Shown here in pieces: positions 25,434 through 36,214 of a DNA stretch of 64,000 nt; positions within the stretch are counted from its first letter, which is position 1; every line of letters begins with the position of its first letter. A program made the translations under genes and the position numbers. Below the pieces are notes generated by a model. It was not told where the DNA came from. It saw only the letters and a list, made by a program, of their open reading frames with translations, and made no database searches. Origin of the DNA: Saprolegnia diclina VS20 (Eukaryota); the NCBI RefSeq assembly GCF_000281045.1, contig NW_008246095.1, positions 140,155 through 204,154 of the forward strand, given 5' to 3'.

Positions 25434-27051
25434 TTAATGCAGTGCGACGACCGTCTTTGCAGGTGGCGCCTTGGGCTTGTTGCGGATGATGGGCACGAGG
25501 AGAAGCTCGACGACCATGCCGATCGCGTAAATGATGGACGTGATAAAGAAGCAGTAGCGGTACCCGTGGCGCTCAATCAAGTAGCCGCCAACGACCGCGC
25601 TGCCAGAGTACGTAAACTGCGTGAGGCCTTCCAGTGCGTTCCACCGACCGCGAAGGCTCTGCGGCACATAGTCCATGAGGATCGACGTGCGCAGCGGCTC
25701 CGAGCAGCGCATAAAGCCGCTCCTACAACAAGGTTAAGCATCGCCCATTTCATCTAATCCTGGGTACCGGAGAAGGAAGAGACCGATTTCGCCCCAGAGT
25801 GGCTTCATGTACGTCATGAAAAGCAGACACAGTGTCGCAAAGATGCGCGTGGCGACCACCGTCTCAATGCCACCGGCTCGCCTACAACCACAATCTTGAG
25901 CTCCTTCAAATACAAGTCGACAACGTACGCAGCGACGCGCTCTGTGACGAACGCGAGGCACACGACGAGGAGTGGCTGGACCACAAAGAGGAGGTTGACC
26001 TCAGACGGCGTCAAGCCATATTCGTTTTGAAAAAACACAGGGAAAAAGTTGACCGTCATGCCCGCGCCGTTGCAAATGATGAAGTCGGACAAGAAGAGCA
26101 AGTACGGCACGTGGCGCGGGCCAAAGCACAGAAACGAGTTGCCGTCGCCAATCACGTCGCCGTGTTCGTTGCGCTCAACGCCGACCGCGGCGTCGGCAAG
26201 GTCGGGCACCACGAGGCTCGAGCGCTCCGACACGTTGGGTTTCGACTCTTCCTTGTCGTTCGAGAAGCTGTATTCGAGCACGCCGTCTTCGTCGACAAAC
26301 GAAATGGCCCGCGTCTTGATCGGCGCCATCGTGTAATTCTCATACGCCAAGTCGTCGTTGAAAAAAAAGAGCAACAGCAGCGGGGGTACGCCAATGACCG
26401 TGCCCACGAGCAGCACAAACTGGAGGCCTTCCAGTGACCACGTGTCACCGTAAATCTGGAAAAAGATGATGCAAATCGCCGGGCCCGCCACCATGGCCGT
26501 GTTCATGAGCGTGTACTTGATCGTGATCGGGTACGCGCGCTCGCCGTTCGGGATCGAGTCGGCGAAGAGCGCCTCGAGCGCCGGGCGCTGGAGTGCGCAA
26601 AAGAGGCCCCAAAAGCCAAATGTGATGTAAATCAAATTCAAGTGGCCCTAGAATGCAATGAGCCCATGTCAAAAGAGACACATACGTACAATGCCAAAGG
26701 CCACCATGCTCATGGCAATGCACACAAGGCCGAGCACCGCCGAGACCTTGAGCACCGTGTCGCGGCGAAAGTGGTCGCAGGCGTAGCCACCGGGAATGGC
26801 CGCGACCATCTGCACGACGCCTTGGATGCCCTTGACCATACCGACGGGTTCGTTTGAGCCCGTAAGGACGTACACATAGCCCGAGAGCACTTGTTGAAAG
26901 ATGATGCTACCACCATAGCAATAAGACTCAGGCAGGCTTAGCGCATGCTGGCAAACCTGCGGCAGGACCAAAAGGTGATGGTGAAGAGGAACGCGAGCTT
27001 GACGTTGTGCTCGGCCGTCGCGAGGTACTTGCGCGCCCGTGAAAAGAGCAT
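25434..27051 (-). CDS. Major facilitator superfamily transporter; multi-exon
   Basis: Multiple hydrophobic helices. MFS-like motifs: GGYACDHFRRD, PALEALFADSIP, ILMDYVPQSLRGRWNAL, GGYLIERHGYR. Confidence 0.88.
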
Positions 27052-28433
27052 CGCGCCGATCGAGTCAATTGCAATCTGCCGTGCATCGGCCAACTTACAG
27101 GCGCTCGACCTTTTTTAATATTGCATACAAACATCCAGTGCTTTTATTTTGTGGTCCCAACGGTTTCGGCCTGAGAAAGGTGGCGCGACGCTGTTTTATG
27201 TATTTTTTATTCGCACTTGATGTTTGTAGGAAACATCGTTTCTATCGAATTGTATGACGTCACCCACACCCAAACCCGAGGATGCTCCAGTTGGCCGCGC
27301 CTGCAAAGAACGGCGACGAACCGGTACACCGATGGCCAAGGAACCGAGCCACGAGGACTGCGAGGGACGTACATTCGAGCAGGGAGCGGCAATGCGGCCG
27401 CGGTGGATCCGGCGACCCTTCGATGGAAGCTCGGCGAAAGAAGGAACGGCGGTGAACGGGCTGGAACACCTCGTGGCGCGATCTCGTACGCGGTCGCCAG
27501 GCCCTTCACTCGCCGTGCACGTTCCGCCGTTGTTGCGGTGACGAATAATCGTTTGCCGACCTTCAAGCATCCCACCCAATCGACGCGCCAACCTCGGAAC
27601 AACGTGGGACCCTTCACGAGCGCGCTTCCACGTCAGCAGCTCCCTGGAGCACTTGTGAATAGAGGCAACGATCGCGTGGCGTGCAGGGCAAGAGCATGGG
27701 GCAAGAGTGGTATAATAAACGAAGCAACATTGTGAGGATGCGTTGTGTGTACTACAACAACTGCCAGGCAGCACGAGCTGGCAGCACGGCATTCGAGGAA
27801 GCATGGTATCAGATGCGCCAAGTTGAAGTTGCAGGTTTCGGTTCTAAAGTGCAAACAACAAACATCTCGTTCGGGCGCTGTCGTTGTACGTGCCCAAGTT
27901 GCGAAATCGAGCTCGATTGAGCGCGCCTACCTCCTTTAAAGTCGGGAAAAGTCAACTGGGCGCTCGGATCCTTTGCATCCGCAATTTCGCAATCCTTCGA
28001 GTAGATGCCTGCTGAATCTCATCGTGCATGCTTGAGGTGCAGGCCAAAGCTTCTCCGGCCGTCGAAACGACAGCACTCGTTCTAGCCTCTAGAACGGGAG
28101 CAAGCAACCAAAGGTACTTTTGGAGCAACTCGCACAGCGTCGTAGCCGTTTGACGGCACCCAACAACTCCCATCCTGTATTAACTTTATAATACTGCTGC
28201 GCGTCCCCGACCCTTCTACTAGTATTCCGTCTACAGAATGTAAATGTAGTCGACGCGACGCAGTCCTGTCAACTCGTCTGACGACGCCACTACGCCTTGG
28301 CATTGCATATGTGAGCGTCATTCGTGTGCGTCAAACACATTCATTCGCGCATGCACCCTTTCTCGACAGGCAACGAACCATAGGGTTTGTTGGCACGAGG
28401 TGATTTCCCCAATTGCTCGTCAGCCACCAAGCC

Positions 28434-31400
28434 ATGACGTTCGAAGTCGCCTCGTCCAAGGTGCGCTAAGATTGCACTTGCAGCGCATACCAAGGTCCGT
28501 GACTAGAGTGCGTGCCAGCTCCTCGTGGATGCGTTTCGCAATGGCAGCATCCCGCTCGACCTCGACCTCGACAGCGTGCTTGACGACGTACGTAGTACCT
28601 CCACCAGCACAACCCTGTCTGGAGAGAGCGTGTCGTTTCACAATAGTTTGGCGGCAGCACACCTCTGCATGTCGCGGTCATGGCGAGCAACGTGGCGGTC
28701 CTCGAGGAAATCCTATCGCGGGTTCTCGACATCAACGTACGCAATCGGGTACAAAAAACGTCCTTTCCAATTCTTCACCTCACTTGTCGATTTGTTATGT
28801 AGGTGGGCAAAACTGCGTTGGCTGTTGCGGTGGCCCACGACGATCGAGACAGCGTTGACTGCCTCCTCGCGCACGGAGCCCTTCTCAACACGCGCGACCA
28901 CGTACTTGGCCAACGATTCTCGTCTACTGTGGTGCAGATCTCGAAGCGTAGAACAAGATGAGCCCTCTTCACGATGCTATTCGCTCGCACAAGACTGAAA
29001 TGGCGCTGCGGCTCATTGCGGCCGGCGCCGACGTCGACGAAGTTGCCACGGTACGACCCTCTTTCTTCCAGCAAGAGCGTAGCCTAGGATCCATTCAGGG
29101 CAATCACACGCTGCTCCACGTTGCGAGCGCGAGCACCTCTGATGAACTGGCGACAACGATCATCCCTGCCCTCCTCGATGCGGGGGCCAACATCCAAGAT
29201 GCTATAAAGGTATACACTGTATTGTCACATTGTTTGTGACCCTCACAGTTGGCAATGTATATAGCCTGGGTTTTGCCAAGTCGGCTCAACTCGCATCAAG
29301 GTGGACCGCATGCGGCTCTTCTTGGCCCATGGCGCGCGCTTTGCCGACATGCCTCCGATCGTACGTCTCAGTCTCTTTGTGTGACTAGAGTGGTACTCAC
29401 TGACTGTCTTGCGGTTAGCACAACCAAACAATGGTTGCCAACCCTGCATACGTGCAGCTCTATCTCGAGCAAGGCGGGAATCCCAACAAGCAAGACTCGG
29501 TACAGCAAATCCGTCCGCACAACCATCATGTATGCGCCTCGTGTAGCCTAGCGTAGAGCCGCTTTTGACTACTGCGCTCCGAAAGTGCTCGCTCGAGGCC
29601 GTCGAGCTTTTGGCGCCGGTGGCCGATGTCAATTTTACCGAGCAGCCCCCAGCGTACGTCTACCGCCACGCAACGTTGCTGCACACGTGCGACCCATGGG
29701 TCCAAGTGGCTCCGTTGGGCCAAGCGATCTGGCACAACCTCGATACTTCACTGCTAAAGCAGCTGTTGGACCATGCTAGCGCGCAGCCTCCCTCGGTCGT
29801 TTCGAGGCTCGAGAAACACCTCTGGCTCATGCAACCGTTGCTACGACTGTAGTACTATGCCAATGCGCTCAAGATGGCCCTCCACTGCAAGAGTGCGTCG
29901 AACGTGGCTATGCTGGCGTCCAAGGTCGACCTCACGTCCGAGGTATGTACATATTCGTGGCGTTCCGTGTTTTCCGTGTTGTACTCTAGTGCTTTCTTCT
30001 CGACGCGGTCCAGAACCCCGACTATGTCACCTTGCTGTTGACGTTGGGTGCAGATGCAAACCGGCGCGACCAGGTACCAAGTCCCTCGCGATGGCGACTG
30101 TAATCAATCTATGTCTGATGTATTAGCACGGTCGCCCGCCACTGCTCGGGGCTTGTCAGCCACTTTTCGAGGCCTCGGCGCGCATCTTGCTGCCGCACAC
30201 CACCAACAGTATCGTTCGTGATGGCGTACGGTGCTTTTGCGCTGCTTCTACAGTAGTTAACTTTGGTGCTAGTTTCCCCCACTCTTCGAGTCGGTCGCTA
30301 CGTACGGTTTGCGCGGTCTCGCCAGAGATTTAGCGCGCACCGTCTTGCCGCCTGCACCAACTACCACCATGAGCCAGTTCTATTGGCAGCCGTGCCTCGA
30401 GCGCGATGGGCGATTGATGCCGGCCTCCGACTGGGGGTGGCTCCCACAAGGCGTTAACGCAAGTGCCTACTCCAAGCTCGAGCTCGAGTACATGGCTGCT
30501 CTCTGCACACTCCTCGACAAGCCGTTCTGGTGGACCAAGGAAACACTGCCGAGTCTTCCGCCTGGTGTCTCGATTTGCGATACCGACATCATCCATGGCG
30601 AGCTCCAAGTCATTCGCGATGAGTTTGTGCGGCCACTCGGTCTCGTGCCCAACACGACCCGCGGTGTGTACCACGCCGACGACGCACTCTCGGTCGACTT
30701 GCTCTCGTCGCTCAGTCAACTCTTGACACCGCTCGAAGTCGACGCTTCCTGGGACGACAACGTCTTGGAGGTCGTCGACCCAGCCATGCACGGCGCGGTG
30801 TACGGCCAATCGCGCTTCAATCTCCACCCGCACAACATGCGTGTCGGGACATCCACAAGCGCCACCGTTCAACATGAGATGCCTCCGTCGACGACGCTTA
30901 CCGATGCCGCGTGCCCGCACCTGCAAATGCTGCCGACGCCGGTGACGTGGGATGCGTCGTTGCGTCAAGTGACACTGGAGAGCTATATCAACAACATCCA
31001 CCCGTCGCAGTCGGCGCTCTATGCGGTGCTGGCCGAGACCCTATCGACAGTGCTGCCGCTGCTAGATGCCGCCCGGTGGGTCCCACGAAAAGACAGTCGG
31101 CGTATTCGACTCGGTGGCGGCCACGAGAACGAGCTGCGCCTGCTCCGGGACGCGTACCTGAAGCACCACGGCCTCGACCCGTCGACGACTGTGCTGCAAA
31201 AGACGCTGCGGGCGTTCAAGAAGACGCAGGGGCCCATCACGAGCCAGTTGCAGCCAGCGCCACCGACGCTCGACGCCGTCAAACGGTTCTGGAAGGACTA
31301 TGTGCCGCGTTTCGATGATGACGACGGTAGCTGGCGGCTTCCGAGCAAGCCTCAGTCGCACCAAGTGCTCTGCCACGTGCAGTGTCTCCGCGCGACGCCC

Positions 31401-31811
31401 GAGGCACCGGCGATGACGACAGTGTGGCGTCGTGGGTCGGGCGCTACCAACGAGGCCGTCCAGTTTACAGCCGTGGCTCTGTACGGTGCAGACAATGTCT
31501 CGTTGCGGATCGAGTTCCGAGAGACGTATGAGAAGGCCGACTTTGGACCGCACAAGCGCAACCCTGCGATCGAGGTACGACGACGCAAGATGCTTGCCAT
31601 GTGGATTGGCGTCGATACAACTGTAGGTACTACTCAGCGACAGCATCGCAGAGCGCGTGAGCCAAGACACGGGGTTTGTGACCTTGCGACCGGGACGCTT
31701 GCTGCTCATTCGGAGCTCGGCCGCATATCGCATCCACCTCCAGTCCGGCAACTCATCGCGTGAAGGCGTCGCCAAGCTCCTCTCCTGGAGCTTTGTGCGC
31801 CCGAGTACGAC
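28434..31811 (+). CDS. Ankyrin-repeat protein fused to a degenerate DUF4246-like domain; multi-exon, 3' end in the gap
   Basis: Ankyrin exons: TPLHVAV, GKTALAVAV, SPLHDAI..AGADVD, HTLLHVAS..AGANI. Intron 30226-30272 joins the last ankyrin exon in frame to the 30309 ORF. DUF4246-like motifs: DKPFWWTK, VVDPAMHGAVYGQSR, QMLPTPV, ESYINNIHP. I did not verify every internal ankyrin junction. Confidence 0.7.
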
Positions 31812-32568
31812 NNNNNNNNNNNNNNNNNNNNNNNNNNNNNNNNNNNNNNNNNNNNNNNNNNNNNNNNNNNNNNNNNNNNNNNNNNNNNNNNNNNNNNNNN
31901 NNNNNNNNNNNNNNNNNNNNNNNNNNNNNNNNNNNNNNNNNNNNNNNNNNNNNNNNNNNNNNNNNNNNNNNNNNNNNNNNNNNNNNNNNNNNNNNNNNNN
32001 NNNNNNNNNNNNNNNNNNNNNNNNNNNNNNNNNNNNNNNNNNNNNNNNNNNNNNNNNNNNNNNNNNNNNNNNNNNNNNNNNNNNNNNNNNNNNNNNNNNN
32101 NNNNNNNNNNNNNNNNNNNNNNNNNNNNNNNNNNNNNNNNNNNNNNNNNNNNNNNNNNNNNNNNNNNNNNNNNNNNNNNNNNNNNNNNNNNNNNNNNNNN
32201 NNNNNNNNNNNNNNNNNNNNNNNNNNNNNNNNNNNNNNNNNNNNNNNNNNNNNNNNNNNNNNNNNNNNNNNNNNNNNNNNNNNNNNNNNNNNNNNNNNNN
32301 NNNNNNNNNNNNNNNNNNNNNNNNNNNNNNNNNNNNNNNNNNNNNNNNNNNNNNNNNNNNNNNNNNNNNNNNNNNNNNNNNNNNNNNNNNNNNNNNNNNN
32401 NNNNNNNNNNNNNNNNNNNNNNNNNNNNNNNNNNNNNNNNNNNNNNNNNNNNNNNNNNNNNNNNNNNNNNNNNNNNNNNNNNNNNNNNNNNNNNNNNNNN
32501 NNNNNNNNNNNNNNNNNNNNNNNNNNNNNNNNNNNNNNNNNNNNNNNNNNNNNNNNNNNNNNNNNNNN
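31812..32568. other. Assembly gap (N run)
   Basis: Run of n. Confidence 1.
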
Positions 32569-32584
32569 TTGCCAATTGACGAGG

Positions 32585-34759
32585 ATGGCTTCACCCGTGC
32601 TCCGGACGCCCGACCTCCTCGCAGCCATCGTGGCGTATCAAGAAGGACTGCCGGAGGACTTGGCCGTCGTCCAGCGCCTCGCGGATGCCGTCGAGCTCAC
32701 GCCATGCTCATCGTTCGGAAACGGTAACCAAACGGGCTGCCTCGCCAACGTCCCAGCCCGGTTCGCGTCGTTGCCGTACCTCCAGCGGTACCCACACCCG
32801 ACGACCAAGCTTCCTCACCACGCGCTCTTTGTCTCGCCACGCGTCTACGACCGAGCGCTTGCGCTCCACCTCTCGATCGTCGAAGGTGACGTGGCGCTCG
32901 TCCAGCGTTGGCTGCGATGGGACCCCTCGTTGTGCACGGCGGCGACGCTCGAGCTGGCTGCTGCCGCATCCCAAGGTCCGATTCTGCGTCTACTCTTGGA
33001 CCAGTTTCCAGCGCTGGCGACTGCAAAGATGATGGACCTCGTCGCCATGGCGGGAGACCTCGCGCTTTTAATATGGCTCCACGAGGCAGGAGCTGTGTGC
33101 ACCTCGGCGGCAATGGACGGAGCGGCCATGAATGGTCACGGCGACATCGTTGCTTTTCTACACTCAGCGCGCACCGAGGGCTGCACGATCGCGGCGGCAA
33201 CAGCGGCAGCTGTCCACGGTCACGCGTCCATCGTGCGATTTCTTCTCGAGCGGCGCACCGAAGGCGTACAGCCGTCGCTTCGATTTGAAGTGCCACACGG
33301 CGAGCACACGACACACAGCGTCAGTGGCAACACCTACCTCGAGGTCGTCGACCTTGTTGCAGCCTCTGTGAAGCTGACGGACGCAGCGTTCAAAGTGATA
33401 GTGGAGAAAGCGGGTCTGGCGGCGCTGCAGCACGTCCACACATGTGGGTATCTGAAGAAGATGACCAAGCCGTTGCTGGAGCTCGCCGTCACCAAGCAAG
33501 ACCATGAGATGCTGCGCTACGTACTTGACTGCATCGACCAAGAGAACCCGCGAGCGCCCAGTGATGTCGAGTGGCTACCTCCGGATGCTCCCTACGAGCA
33601 CGTATCCATGAGGTCACTCCGTGATGGCCCCAGTCCGTTCGATCGGTGGGAGCACTGCAAAGTGATGGAGCTTGCGGCACTCAACGGTGACATGACGTCG
33701 CTGAAGCTTTTGCACAAGAGCCGCCTCCGCGTCGGATCGAGCCGAGCCATCGTCTATGCGGCCTACCGTGGTCACATGGACGTGCTCGAATGGCTGCACA
33801 AGCACCGACGCGACGACTGTGACCAAGACGCGATGGCCCTCGCTGCCGCCCGCGGCCACTACGACGTCGTCCGCTGGCTCCACGAGGTCTACGGCCTCTG
33901 GCGAACCCACGCCGCATTGGCCACGGCGGCGTATACGGGCCACCTACCGATGGTGACGTACCTCTTGGACGTACCGACGGGCGGTGTCGACACGTGGACT
34001 GACTCGAGCGACGAGAATTCTGGCCTTGGAGCAATCTTGCCAGATCGAGATGGTGATCTCGGCGGCTTTTACAGCGACTACGTCCGAGGGTCGGCGGCGT
34101 ACTGGGCAGCGAGCCAAGGCCACCTCGAGATCCTTCAGCTGCTCGTCGCCCGTGGCCATGAGGTGCCATCGACAGCAACCAATGAAGCTGTGGAGAACGG
34201 TCACTTGCACACCGTGCGCTACCTTCATGAGGAATTTGACCAACGCTGTAGCCGCCGATCGATCGTGGATGCTGTCGTGAAGCACCACGTCGACGTTGTC
34301 GCCTACGTACTCTCCCACCACTGCTGGCAACTCGCTTCATCCGTGTTGGTTGACGACAGAAGTGAAATCAGCTTGCACATGCTGCTCGTGGCCACCGCAC
34401 GCAGCGGTCGCCTCGACATCTTGGAGCTTGTCGGTGGTGCGTTTCCCGTCCATTTACCAACGGAGCTGCCACGCCGCGTCTCGGAGCGCATGATGATCCG
34501 CGCAGCGTCCTACGGGCATCTCGACATGCTCCACCATTTGCATACCGTCTGCGGCTTTGGTTGGACGTCGGTGGTCCAAGAAGCAGCGATCCGTCGCGGC
34601 CGCAAGAAGGTATTGCGCTACTTGAGTACGCTCGGGCCCGCTGACACCTCCGTCTATGACGTCGATGACCGAGGTTTGTGGCGCGAAATGAGTGACTTTA
34701 TCGTCTCCATGACGGTGGTCGATGGGCAATGGCGCGCGCAACCCATGTATATAGACTAA
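32585..34759 (+). CDS. Intronless ankyrin-repeat protein of the expanded oomycete family, 724 aa
   Basis: N-terminal VLRTPDLLAAIVAYQEG. Repeats CTSAAMDGAAMNGHGDIVAFLH..EGCT, AAYRGHMDVLEWLH, AAARGHYDVVRWLH. Confidence 0.88.
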   Translation: MASPVLRTPDLLAAIVAYQEGLPEDLAVVQRLADAVELTPCSSFGNGNQTGCLANVPARFASLPYLQRYPHPTTKLPHHALFVSPRVYDRALALHLSIVEGDVALVQRWLRWDPSLCTAATLELAAAASQGPILRLLLDQFPALATAKMMDLVAMAGDLALLIWLHEAGAVCTSAAMDGAAMNGHGDIVAFLHSARTEGCTIAAATAAAVHGHASIVRFLLERRTEGVQPSLRFEVPHGEHTTHSVSGNTYLEVVDLVAASVKLTDAAFKVIVEKAGLAALQHVHTCGYLKKMTKPLLELAVTKQDHEMLRYVLDCIDQENPRAPSDVEWLPPDAPYEHVSMRSLRDGPSPFDRWEHCKVMELAALNGDMTSLKLLHKSRLRVGSSRAIVYAAYRGHMDVLEWLHKHRRDDCDQDAMALAAARGHYDVVRWLHEVYGLWRTHAALATAAYTGHLPMVTYLLDVPTGGVDTWTDSSDENSGLGAILPDRDGDLGGFYSDYVRGSAAYWAASQGHLEILQLLVARGHEVPSTATNEAVENGHLHTVRYLHEEFDQRCSRRSIVDAVVKHHVDVVAYVLSHHCWQLASSVLVDDRSEISLHMLLVATARSGRLDILELVGGAFPVHLPTELPRRVSERMMIRAASYGHLDMLHHLHTVCGFGWTSVVQEAAIRRGRKKVLRYLSTLGPADTSVYDVDDRGLWREMSDFIVSMTVVDGQWRAQPMYID

Positions 34760-34829
34760 GCTTGCTGCTGTAAGAAATCATTCCATCGGTGGCCGTCGCG
34801 AAAATGAGCAGCGTCTGCTCCGGGATGCG

Positions 34830-35070
34830 TTGTTGGCGGCTCCCGAGCAAGCATCCCGTCATGCTCTCTGCCATGTGCAGTGTCTTTTGTGACGCCCAAG
34901 CCACCGGCGATGCCGACTGCATGGCGGTGTGGGCCGGGTGCTATTAACGAGTCTGTCGGTTCACGGCCGTGGCTCTATACGGTGCAGAAGTTTCGAGAGA
35001 CGCACGAATACGCTGACTTTGGACAAACTCAACCTGGCGATTGAAGTACGGATGCAATGTTTTTTGCCGA
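34830..35070 (+). pseudogene. Decayed duplicate fragment of the DUF4246-like coding region (copy of ~31330-31600)
   Basis: Colinear nucleotide blocks with indels: tggcggctcccgagcaagc vs tggcggcttccgagcaagc; gccgtggctctatacggtgcaga vs gccgtggctctgtacggtgcaga; cgagagacgcacgaatacgctgactttggac vs cgagagacgtatgagaaggccgactttggac. Confidence 0.85.
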
Positions 35071-35213
35071 GATGTGCAACTGGCGTATGAGCGCACCAAT
35101 GCCGAGCAACCATCCAGATAAAGCGGCAGCAGGCATGGACGATCTACTGACGTCTCCATCTGCGCAAGTACATGCTTGCGGATGAAAGAAGAGGTAGGAA
35201 GGAAGATGACGGG

Positions 35214-35706
35214 TTACTTTTTCGACCCCTTGGTCGCGGGGCCGCTCGGCACCACCGCGCTTGTCTCTACCAGCGTCGTCTCGCTGTCGCACAAGTATTC
35301 GGGCTTGCTCAGGTTGACGCCGTAGTCGCGCAGGCTTGCCGAGAGGTCTTCCATGGTCAGCGTCGCGCGCTACGTAAAGCATAGGCAACCCACCATGGAT
35401 CACTCTACAGCCTTGTCACCGTACTTCATTGGACGTGCCGCCCTGCGCGTTCATGCGGTGCTGCTGGTAGAGCTTGGCGTCATGGGCGATGTCGAGCACA
35501 AATTTCTGCGCCACGAGCGCGACCATGCGAATGCTACGCAGCGAGAGGTCAGCATCGACGACGGCGACGATGGCCTACATGCGCGGGTCCTCGGACGCGA
35601 AGCCGGCCGACTGGAGGTAGTGGGCCACGACGTCGTCCGGGATCGCCGGGTTGAAGCGGGTCATGGCCTCGAGGAACTCGTTCATCTGCCCGGCGTCCAT
35701 GTCCAT
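35214..35706 (-). CDS. TAF10: TFIID subunit 10 (TAF10); 3 exons
   Basis: PAIPDDVVAHYLQSAGFASEDPR, RMVALVAQKFVLDIAHDA, TLTMEDLSASLRDYGVNLSKPEY. Confidence 0.95.
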
Positions 35707-36214
35707 CACGCGGTTCGTAAAGTCGAATGCGAGATATTGTATTCCAGAGGTTTTGAATCGTATCGTTTGTCCAGGTATATTAATATATACAGTACCGATC
35801 GGTTTCGTCTGGTGGCTAAATGCACCCGCCTTTTGCCTTCGGCAAGCACTCAGCAGCGCCCATTCACGACGGCAGAGTTGCGTGTGGGTAGTCTATTAAC
35901 AACGTTTCGCGATCGGAAACCTCTTGGCCAAGTCCGAGGTCGATGCATCCCAAAGCCCGGTAATAAAGTCACGAGAATGCTACCGTCATGGCTTTCAAAG
36001 GCACCATGTGCAGCAGTGCTCAAGGCAGCGGTACTCTACTCTGCGGGGAGCCAACCTACTGAGATAACAGTAGGACGACGACGTGCGACCAACCGGCGTA
36101 CAGACGATTGCCAGTCCGCGCTCTAGCCGCGCGCCTGATGCGACGACGGGGCCTCAAGGCACTTTGGCCGACACCGCAAATCAACTGTTGCCGAGTCGAG
36201 CAGCACCAGATATC

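Noticed and set aside
31062..34759. Long ORFs spanning the N gap, including the 999-aa ORF
   Set aside because: Artefacts of reading through Ns.
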